The notes: a model not told the origin generated them from the letters alone. Positions 26,313-40,570 are shown, counted from the stretch's first letter. The stretch is DNA of 64,000 bases from Octopus sinensis (GCF_006345805.1 NC_042997.1:172546001-172610000), one strand, 5' to 3'. Made by a program: numbers and translations.

Positions 26313-28020
26313 GCGCTTGTAAAAGTATTTTCGACTTTATTCTCAGGCTGAACAATGCCTTGTGAGTGTACTAAATTTTCCTAACAATACTATGTTAGTG
26401 TCCTGTACTGAGATATTAATCTGTGTGCGTGTGTGTGTGTTTAAACAGAAAAATGAAATAAAGAAATTAGAAAGCACTAAAGTATATTTGAATGTAGAAA
26501 ATGATGGTGCAGGACTGCTAACTTTTCACCTACCTCCTCCCTACGTCGCTACTGAAACACCAAGAGAACATGTGAAACCAGTCCTGATAAGGAGAGATAG
26601 CACTCAGAGATTGGATTTGAAAGCTGAAAGGAAGTTATGATGTGGAACAACCTTCTCTCATCAAGCAAACAACATGGAGCACTAGCAAATGGCTGCACCT
26701 AGGGACAACTACAATCCATTGCCACAGATCAAGACAAGTGAAGATATACTGTTGGCGTCCTGTGTTCTGCAAAGAGTCAAAGGAATTAGGAAGAAGAAGA
26801 AAGAAAATTTATATGTAATCTTGTTATTTGTGGTGTCTTTATATATTATGGTCTAAGATGGCAATTATCATTATACACCTAGTGAATTTTAGTAGATCAA
26901 TAATAATCTATCAGGAAAAGGTTGCAAGATGCAACGAAAATTTTAGGAAAATGAAAATAAAAATAAGTAGAAATTTTATCAGTGAGTGTGTTACATTATA
27001 AGGCACAAAAAGAAAATGACTCTCCCCAGACAACAGAATATGCCTCAACACACAAACTCATATAAAGAATCTTGCAAAGCAAATCCCAAAACAAAATCTA
27101 TCAGGAGTTATTGTTTAACTCTGGTCAGTCTTCATCATGTGCAGTTATGAGCAATTGTGTTCCACTTATGGCCAACTTTTCTTTCTGTTTTTGTTTCCAC
27201 TAGCATATATTGATTATTAATATTGTTATTATGGCCAATACCAGTGTTGTGTAACTGGTACAAGTGACCAAGTCCTCTGGCAATATACTGTGCTTAAGAA
27301 GACCTGTCAAACCAAGTGAGGTCATAGTCGTGGCTGATGCTGGTGTTGCATAACTGGAACCCCTGCCAGTGGCATGTAAAAAGCACCCACTACACTCTTG
27401 GAGTGGTTGGCAATAGGAAGGGCATCCAGCAGTAGAAGCCATGCCAAATCAGATGGGAACCTGGTGCATCTCCCCAACCTAACTGTCTTCAGTCAAACCA
27501 TCCAACCTATGCCAGCATGGAAAACATGTTAAATGATGATGATGATGATGATGGTTGTTATGTAGGGAACACCAAGTTGGAAATTTTTATATTGTATGTC
27601 AAAAACAAATACTTATTCAACTATACGCATCAATGCTGTTTTATGCGGTTCATCATCATCATCATCATTTAACGTCCGCTTTCCGTGCTAGCATGGGTTG
27701 GCTGATTTGACTGAGGACTGGTGAACCAGATGGCTGCACCAGGCTCCAATCTGATCTGGCATAGTTTCTACAGCTGGATGCCCTTCCTAACGCCAAACAC
27801 TCCTTGTTAATAAATTAAAATCTCTCTCTCACCAAAACTGTTGACAAAAACAGGTTCAGTATCCAATCAGCCTCATCTGATTATCCCATTCCTACCCTAA
27901 AAGACAGTGCATGCCCACAGTTTTAGGATTACCAATTCCAGTAAAAAAATGATTAAAATAAGACTTTCACTGCAATCCTGTGTTCTTTGATCCTTTTATA
28001 CACCTGTTCTTACCTTACAG

Positions 28021-28149
28021 TGTGCATTTTCCTCCAATCGTAAACTAATCAATGATGAACTGGAAAAACATAATTGCTGGTGGAAGGAACAACCCAGCCA
28101 GCCTCTTCATGCTCCAGAAACTTTTAGTCAAATACCAGTTACAAGAAAA
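28021..28149 (+). CDS. EZH2: E(z)/EZH2 exon: EED-binding domain (CAFSSNRKLINDELEKHNCWWKEQPSQPLHAPETFSQIPVTRK)
   Basis: ttacag acceptor, gtaagt donor, 129 nt, phase 0-0. FSSNR..W matches human SMFSSNRQKI..EWKQ. Not in the ORF track. Confidence 0.92.
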
Positions 28150-28514
28150 GTAAGTTTTAATTCTTTGATATAATTTTGCCTTTATTTCACTCCTTACTGC
28201 TTTATCATCTAAATCGTACACATACATTAATGTACATGTGTGTTGTGTGTGCATTTGATGGTGTGAAAGACACATAGGCATATTATATACATACTAATAC
28301 AATTGTTTGTTTGTACTCCACCTGCCTTCGTCTTTTGTTTATTTTCATAAAGCTTCCCGTTATATACACCCCAATATAGGCAGCACACATTCAGAGAAAT
28401 GAGTTTTTGGGGCATTAAAACATGAAATAAAGACCCAACTTTGCAGATAGGACCCAGGGGCGAATTTTTGAGATTCTTTTTGGAAAAAATGCAATTTACA
28501 TGCTATCAAATTCA

Positions 28515-28554
<40 letters not shown>

Positions 28555-28566
28555 TATTATTATTAT

Positions 28567-28679
28567 TAATCAAAGGACATATATCTACCTGCTGGAAATA
28601 ACAGTCAAAATTCTTATTTAAATAAGAGTTTTGACTGTTATTTCCAGCAGGTAGATATACTTAGTATGTCCTTTGATTA
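28567..28679. repeat. Near-perfect palindrome (about 52-bp arms)
   Basis: Centre cttattt|aaataag; one G-T pair and one short insertion. Confidence 0.92.
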
Positions 28680-29307
28680 GTTTTAATCCTTCAGCTATTT
28701 AATGCTTTTGCTGGGGTGTGCAATCACCTATATTATTGATTCTGTTATTATCATTTTTAAATTGTTACACCAGATAATAACAGAGTCAATTGTATCTTCG
28801 CAAATTATTTCTTTTCCCATGAATTATTTGCTCCATATTGAAATATATATATATATAGTTCCACTGCGTGGCACCTTATGCAACTGTCTTCAACCACAGC
28901 CTCACGCTGACCAAAGCCTTGTAATTGGATCTGGTGGACAGAAACTGAAAGAAGCCCATCATATATATGTGTGTGTGTGTTGTTGTTGTTGTGTCTGTGT
29001 TTGTCCCTCCATCACCTCTTGACAACTGTTGTTGGTGTGTTTACGTTCCCATAACTTAGCAGTTCAGCAAAAGAACCAATAGAATATGTATAAGGCTTAA
29101 AAAAATTAAATCCAGGAGTCAATTTATCCAATTAAAAAATCACTTCAAGGTGGTACTCCAGCATAGCCGCACCAAGTGACTGAAACAAGCAAAAGAATAA
29201 AAGAAGATATATATATATATATATAATATCAAATTAGAGACAAAACCTTGTAAATTTGGATTTATTCCCTAATATTTATTATTATATATATATATATATA
29301 TATATAA

Positions 29308-29685
29308 GCGCAGGAGTGGCTGTATGGTAAGTAGTTTGTTTACCAACCACATGGTTCCAAGTTCAGTCCCATTGCATGGCACCTTGGGCAAGTGTCTTCT
29401 ACTATAGCCTCAGGCTAACCAAAACCTTGTGAGTGGATTTGGTAAGAGGAAACTGAAAGAAGCCTGTTGTATATAAGTATGTGTCTGTGTTTGTCCCCCA
29501 TCAACATTGCTTGACAACCGATGCTGGTGTGTTATGTCCCCATAACTTTGCAGTTTGGCAAAAGAGACCAATAGAATAAGTACTAGGCTTAGAAAGAATA
29601 AGTCCTGGGGTCGATTTGTTCGACTAAACGTGGTGCTCCAGCATGGCTGCAGTTAAATGACTGAAACAAGTAAAAGAATAGAAGA
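29308..29685 (+). mobile_element. tRNA-derived SINE (gcaggagtggctgt..ggttcagtcccactgc family)
   Basis: tRNA-like head. Related copies at about 1-350, 36600-36760, 41560-41710 and 57215-57558 (-), among others. Confidence 0.8.
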
Positions 29686-29891
29686 ACAGACAAACATGTA
29701 TGTATGTATGTATGTATATACATCTATATAAATTAGTCTTTTCAGCCTAATTAAGTTGGGTATTCTCTAACATTTATCAGTTGAAATTCATTAATTACAT
29801 AACATTATTTACTAACTATTCAAAATAATATTCTTGCTTCCCCAATAAATTCCTTTTCTTTCTTTTTTTATTTCTGCTACTTACTTTTTAG

Positions 29892-30008
29892 TGTGAAGTT
29901 GAAAGTGGTATGAGCTTCCCTCATCAGATGGCACCATTGAGAGTAATGAATGCTTTAAAACCAATTCCGACCATGTATAGTTGGGCTCCACTCCAACAGA
30001 ACTTCATG
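29892..30008 (+). CDS. EZH2: E(z)/EZH2 exon: BAM/SAL ([39 protein letters not shown])
   Basis: tttttag acceptor, gtact donor, 117 nt. [12 protein letters not shown] is a signature E(z) motif. Confidence 0.95.
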
Positions 30009-30522
30009 GTACTACTTTACTTTCCTTATTTCTATAGAGTCTGCTCTCTTTGATTTTTATACCTTTGGCTGTTTCAATTCAAAAGAATTCAAAATATCTA
30101 ACGTGAATTAAAATCTTCTTTGATCTTCTTCCTATCTGAATGATTGCCTTCAATGCCATGTTTTTTTATTTGTTTCATAATAATCAGTCTTTTCTTATAA
30201 TTGATGTTGAGATTTTCTTTTCATTATTCCTCCACTTAATGTTTAACTCCAGTTTTTATACTTTTCGTTTTATGTTTTCAACATATTTTTATGATTAAAT
30301 TCAACTTTATGCCTTTCATTTTTTATGTTCTTTTTTACCTATTGTTATATTTAATGTCATTTTATGTCTTATTTCATTTTTTTTTTTTTCAACTATTTTT
30401 TTTTATGTGCTCTCTCTCTCTCTCTCTCCCTCGCTCAAACCTCTCCTCTATTTATAATATTTAACTGTTAATGTCTGTCGTTCATCACCTCAAATCACAT
30501 GCTGGACCTCGTGTCTTTCAAG

Positions 30523-30787
30523 GTGGAAGATGAAACAATACTTCACAATATTCCATATATGGGTGACGATATTCTAGATCAAGATTGTGCTTTCATTGAA
30601 GAACTATTAAAAAACTATGATGGGAAAGTCCACGGTGATAGAGACACAAAATTTATAAATGATGATCTGTTTATGGAGCTTGTTGATGCTTTATGGGCCA
30701 ACTATAATGATACTGACCCTGAGCAAAGAGAACTGTCTTCACCCTCTTCACAGAACACAAATGATGGCATAAAAACAGAGTTAAAAG
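30523..30787 (+). CDS. EZH2: E(z)/EZH2 exon: SAL/SRM/SANT1 start ([21 protein letters not shown]...YDGKVHGDR...)
   Basis: ttcaag acceptor, gtaaag donor, 265 nt, phase 0-1. Near-identical to human [40 protein letters not shown]. Confidence 0.96.
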
Positions 30788-33553
30788 GTAAAGAACTTTC
30801 CCTGTTGAATAGAAGTTTCTTTTACAGAGTCTGAAAAATAATTCATCCTAATTTATTGTCTCTTGCTTTCACCACTACTCTCTCTCTTTCTCCCTGCTTC
30901 TCTCCACCTTTCTCTCATATTCTATGGTAAACAGATAAATCTTCTCAAACTTGGATTACCAAAATTTCTTGAGTCGTAATTATATTAGTGCTCTTCTTTA
31001 TTTTCTCTTAACATCAGCCTGTGGCTAATCATCATCTTCATCATTGTTTTAACGTCCACTTTTCCATGTTTGCATGGGTCAGACAGATTTGTTGTAGCTG
31101 ATTTTCCTATGGCTGGATACTCTTCTTGTTGCAACCCATATCTGTTTGTTTCCTAGCAAGGTAATATTTCCTGTGGTTAGACAAGTTTTTTCATGGAAGA
31201 ACAGATATGCAGAACATCGTTTGCATGAAGGTGGTCCTCATTTTCAGCTATCACACAATGTCAAGACTAGAGTGCACTCAAAAACAAACATGCCTCGCTG
31301 CATGCAGTTTCTTATTTCTTTACTGACCGCAAGGGGCTACTCACAGAGGGGACAAACAAGGACAGACAAATGGATTGAATCGATTATATCAACCCCAGTG
31401 CATAACTGGTATTTATTTAATTGACCCTGAAAGGATGAACGCCAAAGTCGACCTCGGCGGAATTTGAACTCAGAAGATAGCGGCAGACAAAATACCTATT
31501 TCTTTACTACCCACAGAGAGAGGACAAATGGATTAAGTCGATTATATCGACCCAGTACGCAACTGGTACTTATTTAATCGACCCCGAAAGGATGAAAGGC
31601 AAAGTCGACCTCGGTGGAATTTGAACTCAGAATGTAGCAGCAGACGAAATATCGCTAAGCATTTCACCCGGTGTGCTAACATTTCTGCTAGCTTGCTGCA
31701 TGCAGTTTCTGCCTACCAAATCTAAGCATAAGGCTTTGGTCTGCATGAAGCTATAGTAGAAGACACTTGCCCAAGGTGCCATGCAGTGGGACTGAACCCG
31801 GAACCATGTGGTTGGGAAGCAAGCTTCTTAACTGCACAGCCTCGCCTCACTTAAACAAAGGAAAGAGAAGAAATGTAAAAAGGTTAAAGATCTCCAGAAA
31901 ATGGAAGTAAATGTTTGGGTTATTGGTTATGCTTCCAGAACAACAAATACACCAATTATCTTCAGATGCAGGGTATTATCATTAATAATGAGTAATCAAG
32001 GAGTAAGCATAGCTGTGTTGACAAGAACTTTGCTTCTCATTCACATGGTTTCAGGTTCAGCCCCTCTGCATGGTACTTTAGGCAAGTAGATTTGGTAGTT
32101 GGAAACTAAAAGAATTTTGTCGTGTGTGTGTTATCGTGCTTCCTCATCTTGGACTTCATGTGATAGTTGCAAAGAAGTGTCATCTTTATACAAACAATCA
32201 TGGCAAATATTAATTTGCTTGGAATCCAGGTTATTTCTTTATAACTGGACATGAGGCTTCAGTACAGGAAAAGCATTTTAAGGTATAAAATCTACCTTAA
32301 CAAATTCCATCTGACCCATGCAAGCAGGGGCAAATGGATGTTAAAACATTGATGCTGATGATGATGATCTTAACTGAAGATGATTTATAACATTTTCTTA
32401 TGTTTTCAGCTCAGGCTATATAATGCACATAACTTAAAATGTTTTATATAGGTGCAAGAGCTAACTAGAAGCAACATTTTTGCATTTTAAATTCCTTTAT
32501 ATCTTCTTTTGGATACTCTCGTTTTCTACTATTTTAATATCCAAAGTTCTTTTATCAACCCAGTTGTAATTTGTGCCTCTATATATTTACAAAGATGTGT
32601 ACTCTTGGATCAGTTATGATGTGTACACTTGGATCAGCCTGATCTGAAAGATCTTTGATAAAAAATGCTCCAACCATAACCATCCAATCTGTTTTTTAAA
32701 TACCGTAGAGTACAACTTGATGAAGATTTGGTTGCTGTCTTTTTGCATATCAATTGATCATATAGTTCTTATGTTAACTCATTGTTTAGTCCCAGGTCAG
32801 GATTAATCAAGGCTTTCACCAAGTACAGGTCCTCAGAGATTCTGGGTTAGTATCTGGCGTGCTCGTAGACTACTGGGAGTGAGGTATCCCTTATCTTTTT
32901 TTAAAGCATTTCTCTAGAACCCACTTCAAATACAGGCTATGTCTGCTCTGATAACCAGCAGTGAATTGGTCAGTGAATCCTGTGTTATAGTCAACAATTG
33001 ATAGCAAAATTAGCTGTTTCTCTCCTTGTAGTTTCCCAAACCTGATAAGAGAATATATGATTTACCAATCTTATGCTCAAAGCAAACTGTTAAAACATTT
33101 GCAGATAAACACCTCACGGATCAACACTTTCAAATGTTGCAATTTTATAAAACTTTCAGCAATATGTGGAATAAACAATGTTTAATCCTTTAAAATGCTG
33201 TAAAAGTAATTCCATTTGGTTGGGGATATATTGTATTATATTTTATACACCATAAAATGTTTAGAAAAATATATCGTGTATGCATGTGACCAGGGACCAC
33301 TAAAACTCCAAACATGGATTCCACACCTCCAATGTTCTAAACAGTATTCATGTGGGACATGGTGAACTTAGTCAGAGTGGCTCAACCCACCCCAAATAAG
33401 TAGTAAGTAGAGGCCTTCACCATCCAATCTTTGATTCAGACATAGTCTGTCTAAGGGTTCTGTTATTTAATATTTAGGATGCTATCTCTTCTCGGTTGAG
33501 CAGTCATAAAATTAGTGACTCCTTTATTGACTCATTACACTATCTGTCATATA

Positions 33554-33785
33554 TATTTCTTTACTACCCACAAGGGGCTAAACACAGAGAGGACAAACAA
33601 GGACAGATAAACGGATTAAGTCGATTATATCGACCCCAGAGTGTAACTGGTACTTATTTAATCGACCCCGAAAGGATGAAAGGCAAAGTCGACCTCGGCG
33701 GAATTTGAACTCAAAACGTAGCGGCAGACGATATACGGCTACACATTTCGCCCGGCATGCTAACGTTTCTGCCAGCTCGCCGCCC
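33554..33785 (-). mobile_element. Young SINE (family with gcctttcatcctttcggggtcga central domain, Nin-like)
   Basis: 11-bp TSD tctgtcatata. More than 20 related copies in the window (e.g. 31315-31695, 39097-39293, 45153-45385, 47257-47488). Confidence 0.85.
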
Positions 33786-35043
33786 TCTGTCATATAATTT
33801 AGTTGTTCTCTGATGGGAATGTATGGAGAAGACTATACACATAAGGTGTTAACTCATTCCTTTGTGGCACAAAATCATTGCCAATGCTCTCTGGACGTTC
33901 ATTTTAATGAAAACATGAATGGAACCTATATTTCTTTTGTTGTGCTGAGTGTATTGAGCAAAAATTCTTGAAGTATTTTGAATTTCCAGTTGAAGTGATT
34001 TCACTTCATTAGCATGTGGGATAGGCATAAGCACCACAACATCCCTAGAAATGTCTTATTAAAAGTAAAGAAACTCGGAAAATGAAACGAATCCAGGATT
34101 TCTATTTAGATGAATTCATATTGTACCTGGATCAACGTACGTATTTATGCTTCAGTGGTTAATAAAATGAGTACCAGAAATATAGTGCAATTTATAATCA
34201 AATCAATATTTGTTTCGTTTTCAACAAGATCAGGGTATTGCTTCTAAGGGAGGTAACTCTGTTAAATAGCTGCATTAATTCAAATTATTTTCCATTATCT
34301 GCTGTGTTATCTTGTTGAAAATTTCAACAGGCTGACAACTTTCATTGATTTTAATTATTGCAGTAAAATATGGCTATTTTCTTGCAAAAACTTATTAATT
34401 ATTCTCATTGTTTCTGCCACAAAAAAAAACTTTACTTTTCTTTTCTGTGCACAAATCAGTCTTGATAAAGTTTATAACAGACTAGACACATATTTTCATA
34501 CATACTTCTGCCTGTGCAGATTAACCTGTAATTTTATAAACAGTAGAGTAAAACAGCCAAGTAGATAAAATTCTGAACTGCCAACTTGTGGGGGTTTCAT
34601 TTCCTACTGCAACTATTTGCTGATTCTCCTGACCATACTTTTAATTCTAAACATGTAAACCTAACCCTAATTATCAGTTTAATGTTTTCTTAAAAAAGTA
34701 ATTTTATACATTATTGCCCTACCCTAGCTACTCTCTCTCTCTCGTTTTCTCTTAAGAAGATTATTTTAACTGTATATTAACTCTCTGTACAGGAACTGAG
34801 TATACCAAGTCAACCCATATTTAATAGTGGGGTATTTTACAGAATTCTCCACATTTCATACATTGTAGAATGCACATTTTATTTATTAACTGGCAAGAAC
34901 TGAATTGCATATGATTAGCCTGATATGTCACTGGTGAAAATAAAATCAGCATAATGAAAAGGCTTAATGTGTATATTGTTGAAGTATATAACCCACTAAT
35001 ATTTTTGATATTCTTCCTTTCTTCATCTGTTTCATTTTTTTAG

Positions 35044-35149
35044 AAGATGAGGTGGATAAATCCAGAAAGACTCCACCAGCTGACATCATTTTCCAATCAA
35101 TTTCTGCTATGTTTCCTGACAAAGGTACACAAGAAGAACTAAAAGAAAA
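35044..35149 (+). CDS. EZH2: E(z)/EZH2 exon: SANT1 ([36 protein letters not shown])
   Basis: Pyrimidine tract plus tag acceptor, gtatgc donor, phase 1-2. Matches human [21 protein letters not shown]. Confidence 0.94.
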
Positions 35150-36007
35150 GTATGCTATTTTTTATAAAACAGTTTATATTTATTTATATATTGTTATTTA
35201 TTCAAATTTTCTCTTTATACAGTAATGTTTCTTGAATTGTTTTGTTTTTTAAGTAGCAAACATGAGACTACATAAATCTTGTTAAAAGATGTCTTATGAA
35301 ATGTAAGATGTGAGTCAAGAGAAGGAGAGTGCACGCACGCTCTCTCTCTCACTCACTCACGCACACACACAAAATTCTGGGTTCAGTCCCACTGCATGAT
35401 ACCTTTGGCAAATATTTTCTACTATAGCCTTGAGTCAAACAAAATCTTGCAAGTGGATCTGGTTGATGAAAATTGATAGAAGGTTAGAGTGTGTGTACAT
35501 GTATGTATATATGTGTGCATATATGATATGTACCTTTGTCTAGATCTCACGAAGTGTTTGTAAATGAGCATCACTGTCACACAAGCAGGGCTGTTTGTTT
35601 CCAGACTTCTGTGAAAAATATGTCTGGCCATGGGAAAGTATTACCTTGCTTGGAAACTGTTGGTAACAGGAAGGGCATCCAGCTGTTGAAACTTTGCCTC
35701 AACAAATTCTGTCTGATCCATGCACGCATGGAAAAGAAAATGTGAGCATTAAAATGATATATAAAAAATATATGTTTATATATATTGATATAAATATCTA
35801 CATATAAATCAATGAAACCAGAAAAATAAAGAATTTTTTTTTCTTTTTAAAGTAATTTGAAACAAAATTTGTAGTCATTCATATTCTGTTTCAATCATTA
35901 ATCTGTTATTAGGGCTTGATATTTTAATAGAATAGAAATGTTTGTTGTTGTTGTTCTTTGGTGAAATTTTTCTGTAGACATTTATGTGACCTCTATTGTG
36001 TTTCTAG

Positions 36008-36171
36008 GTATATCGATCTCATGGAAACTCAAGACCCCAATAATATACCCCCTGAATGTACTCCAAACATTGATGGCCCAAATGCTCGCTCTGTACCTAG
36101 GGAACAAACCATGCATTCCTTCCATACGCTCTTTTGTCGAAGATGTTTCAAGTATGATTGTTTCCTACATC
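36008..36171 (+). CDS. EZH2: E(z)/EZH2 exon: MCSS ([54 protein letters not shown])
   Basis: ttctag acceptor, gtaagt donor, 164 nt, phase 2-1. Signature [11 protein letters not shown] and [19 protein letters not shown]. Confidence 0.97.
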
Positions 36172-36972
36172 GTAAGTATAAGTCATATGTTTCAATATAA
36201 GCATCTTAATCTAATCATCTTGTCTTTAGCAAAGGTAGAAATGAACTGAACAGTAGAGCTCTTTGATTTAGGGTTTGATACTGTCTGTTCTGATCTCACA
36301 TACTTCCAGATATGAAAATTTCATTTTTTGGTTCAAGGGTACATCAAATGTGTATTGATGTATGTATATAATAGTCGAGCTGGCAGAATCATTAGCACAC
36401 CTGGCAAAATGCTTAGCAACATTTCATCTGTCTTTATGTTCTGAGTTCAAATTCCACTTGGGTCAGCTTTGCCTTTCAGGGTTGATGAAACAAGTACCAG
36501 TTGTGCACTGGGTTTGTTGTTATCGACTTATCCACTCCTTGAAATTGCTGACCTTGTGCCAAAATTTGACACCAATATATGTATATAATATATATATAGG
36601 CACAGGCATGGCTGAGTAGTTAAGAAGCTGCTTCCCAACCACATGGTTCCAGGTTCAGTCTCACAGTGTGGCTCCTTGGGCAAGTGTCTTACTATAGCCT
36701 CGGGCCAACCAAAGCCTTCTGAGTGAATTTGATAGACGGAAATTGAAAGAAGCCTGTCATGTGTATATATATAATATAAATATATACCAGTTGAATATTG
36801 GGATTGATGTAATTGACATACCCCTTTCCTGAAATTGCTGGCCTTGTGCCAAAATTTGTAACCGGCATATCACCTTTGTTGGTATTAAGTGAGCCTTACG
36901 CTCACACATTTGTATATATGCATAAACAATGCCATTTCAGGAATCTTTTTTTTTTTTTACTTAGATAATAAC

Positions 36973-37098
36973 TTAACCCTTTGAGCCCTGACCTCCTGAA
37001 CCTTATTTTACCATATACCTGGCACTCCACCTGTGCTACGGTATAGAGAAACATAAGTCACCTACTGGTAAACCAGTGTTATGGGCTTAAAGGGTTAA
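36973..37098. mobile_element. Short piggyBac-like MITE
   Basis: TTAA|CCCTTTGAGCCC ... GGGCTTAAAGGG|TTAA. Confidence 0.75.
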
Positions 37099-37468
37099 TG
37101 ACCAGAAAAATCTATTCCATTCATATATATGTTATAGGTTTGAAAGACTGATGCAATTAACTTTTTCAGACTACCAGTTCCTGCCATTTGGTTACTTGTT
37201 GCCCCTTTTCTTTAATATTTAAAGAAAAAAACATTAAATTTTTTCATAGTTCTAAATTCCATCCATTTCTGTTTCTTACATTGGTTCCTCCTTTTATCCA
37301 ACTTATGCACAAGTAGTTAGATATGAAATCATTAGGTTCTACATTATCAGCCAAATGCCTTCCATCCTACTTTTTTTTTTCCTCAATTTTCTGAAAGTAT
37401 TAATAATATGTATTGCTTCATTTAGATTTTAGTACATTGGGTTTTTTATTTCTCTTTTTGTTTTGCAG

Positions 37469-37560
37469 CTTACCATCCCACACCAAGCATGCTTACCCGT
37501 AAAATGCCAGAGAAAAAGCAAGAAGCAGAACCATGTGGAGAAACTTGCTTCATGCATTTG
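37469..37560 (+). CDS. EZH2: E(z)/EZH2 exon (PYHPTPSMLTRKMPEKKQEAEPCGETCFMHL)
   Basis: ttgcag acceptor, gtaagt donor, 92 nt, phase 1-0. PCGxxC Zn ligands as in human PCGPQCYQHL. Confidence 0.93.
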
Positions 37561-40359
37561 GTAAGTACTAAAACCTCTATTTCAGCTTGATCTTCATGTA
37601 TCGTCATCATCATCATCATCATTTAACATCCATTTGTCCAAGCTGGCATGGGTTGGACAGTTTGATCAGAGCTGGCAAGCCGGGGAGGTGCACCAGGTTC
37701 CAGTCTTATCTGGCATCTACAGTTGGATGCCCTTCCTAATGCCAGCCACTTTACAGTGTGCTGAGTGCTTTTATGTGGCACCACCACAAGTGCTTTGCAC
37801 CACCAACAGGATTGATCTTAACAATTCTGCAGTGGGATATGGATCTTTTGGAGTATGACCAAGCACCAGGTGTCTTTGTCATCTTGCCTGAAAGGTTGAA
37901 GCAAGATAGGTTCTTATTTAATATCTTCACTGTTACTGTGCACCCTGCACAATAAAGCACTGCTTGTCTGAGTACACAGTACCTTCCCTCCACTATATAG
38001 AAATCTGGTGTATCTAAAGCTATGGGTTTTTGAATTAGACCTAATTATTCAACCAACTAGATTATAAGACATAGGTGGTGACCCAATTCTTTATCAACAC
38101 TTATTTTGATCTTTTTGGATACCTAGAAGTATAAATTTGGATTTGGAATAATTTCTCATATTGTATTTCACTACTCATTAGTCTCAGGTTATGCAACAAC
38201 AACAACAACAAATGATGATTTTTGACTACTCCATTGATAACACAGGTAAAGCGCCTAACTCAGTGGTTAGAGCATCGGGCTCACAGCCATGAGTGAGTTT
38301 GATTCCCAGACCAGGTTGTGTGTTGTGTTCTTGAGCAGGATGCTTTATTTCATGTTGCTCCAGTTCACTCAACTGAAGAATTGAGTTGTGACATAACTGG
38401 TGCCAAGCTATATTGGCCTTTGCCTTTCCCTTGGATAACATTGGTGGTGTGGATAGAGGAGGCTGGTATGCACAGGCGAATGCTGGTCTTCCATTAACAA
38501 CCTTGCCTGAACTTGTGCCTCAGAGGGTAACTTTCTAGGCGCAATCCCATGGTCATGAATGACCATGGGATTGCACCAAAAAATGTGGCCTTGTGCCTAT
38601 GTTAGAAATCATTCATTATAGTAGAGACTTTCTGAGTTCGAATGCTGCCGATATCAACTTTGCATTTCATCCATTCATGATTGGTTAAACAAATACCAGG
38701 CAAGTACTGGAGTTTATTTAATCAACTGATCCTTTCCCCACCAAAATATGTGGCCTTGTACCTTTGTCAGAAATCATTCATGACAAAATGGGGTTTTTAC
38801 TCTTTATATTCTCAGTATTATTAGTATCACTATTGGTTGATATGGTTTTATACAGTAATAGGTATTGATTTAATGTTTAGAATTTGAGCGGTAGCCAGTA
38901 GCTGAGATACAAAATACGAGACTAAATACATTGCAGTATATAATTTCTTCTAGTTGGCCTTTTATTTTATTGACACTAATAAGTAGTACTAAAGATCTGC
39001 CCACCACTACTGAATTGATCTCCTGAAACCAAGGTGTTACATTAAGAAGCATTGGTGTGGGTGCTGGTGCCATGTCAAAAGCACCCAGTACATTCTTATT
39101 TCTTTATTGCCCACAAGGAACTAATTATAGAGGGAACAAACAAGGACAGACAAACGGATTAAGTCGATTATATCGAACCCGAAAGGATGAAAGGCAAAGT
39201 CGACCTTGGCGGAATTTGAACTCAGAACGTAGCAGCAGATGAAATGCCGCTAAGCATTTCGTCCGGTGTGCTAACATTTCTGCCAGCTCGCCAGCACCCA
39301 GTACATTCTGTAAAGCAGTTGGTGTTAGGAAGGGCATCCACTTGTAAAAACCAAGCCAAAATAGATTGTGGATCCCGGTGCAGCTCCTGGCCTTACCAAT
39401 TCCTGTCAAGCCATTTGACCCACGCCAGCATGGAAAATGGATGTTAAATGATGATGAGTGTTCTACTGGTGTCACTGTCCTTGTTATTTAAGTTGCTTTT
39501 GTGTTCACATGAGAATAAGAAGGTTTTCAGTTGGATGTTGTTTCTAACATGAACCACTTTACAATATGGACTGAATGCTTTTTTATTATGCCAACTGCAC
39601 CAGTGAGACTCTTTCACGAGTGTCACCTCAGCTCTATTGTTTCCGTTCATTCCTTTACCTTTTTAAAAGGTGTAATGTCTAACCACAAGGCTTTGGTCTG
39701 AGACTGTCTCCATAATACTAGATACTAGTTAAAAGGTTAGGTGCCAGTGGAACATAAAAAGCATCCAGCACACTCTGTTAAGTGGTTGACATTTGGAAGG
39801 GCATCCAGCCAAAGAAACCATGCCTCTACAGACAGTTGGAGTTTGGTCAGTTCCCAGCTAGCCAGCTCCATGTCAAACCGTCCAACCCATGCCAGCATGG
39901 AAAGCAGATGTTCAATGATAATGATGATGCTGTGTTTAGATACCAAGAGAATGTATTGTAATGGTGGCTTGTCTATTTTCAGGATGATTGGATGGTGACA
40001 GGTAAAGGGTTGTGCCTGCATTTGTAGGAGGAGATGGTTGGTGCAGATGTTTGGAAGTGGAGTTGAGAGTTGTGCAAAAATCTGTGAGTGGTAGTTGGGG
40101 TCATGACTCAGAAGTCCACTGATGAAATGGTAGCATGGTAGTCTGGAGTTCGAAGGCTGAAGGGTAGAAGGAATCATTTACTGAGAGATGAAAGAATGAA
40201 TCACACTGACAAACTTTGAACTAAGAGAGCTGGAGTCAAAAATTCTCTCAGCTTTTATGGTTTCTTCTCACAAAATATTTAAGTCAGGCCTTGAGATAGA
40301 GGAAGGACAATAATATTGGATGATGATTTCTATACATTGTCAAACTGTGTATTGATGAG

Positions 40360-40570
40360 CCGATCATGTTGCAAAGTTCACAGACGATTGGTGGACCCAT
40401 GCAGTTGTTGAGTGGTACCCAAGCAACCAGAAGACACCATTTGGAAGACCTCCAATCAGATGGGAAGATGATTTAAGGAAAATGTTTGGAGCAACTTGGA
40501 AGGGAATGGAGCAAATGCTATGGCCAGCGAAGTCGACTCAACACCAGACAACCTGGCCGATACAGGTGAT
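40360..40570 (+). mobile_element. Old RTE-like LINE C-terminal fragment
   Basis: Translates to HVAKFTDDWWTHAVVEWYPSNQKTPFGRPPIRWEDDLRK. Confidence 0.7.

Noticed and set aside
36172-36200. Read-through RKYKSY resembling the human alternative-donor insert RKCNYS
   Set aside because: No frame-preserving GT 15 nt downstream; the RK simply follows from the gtaagt donor.
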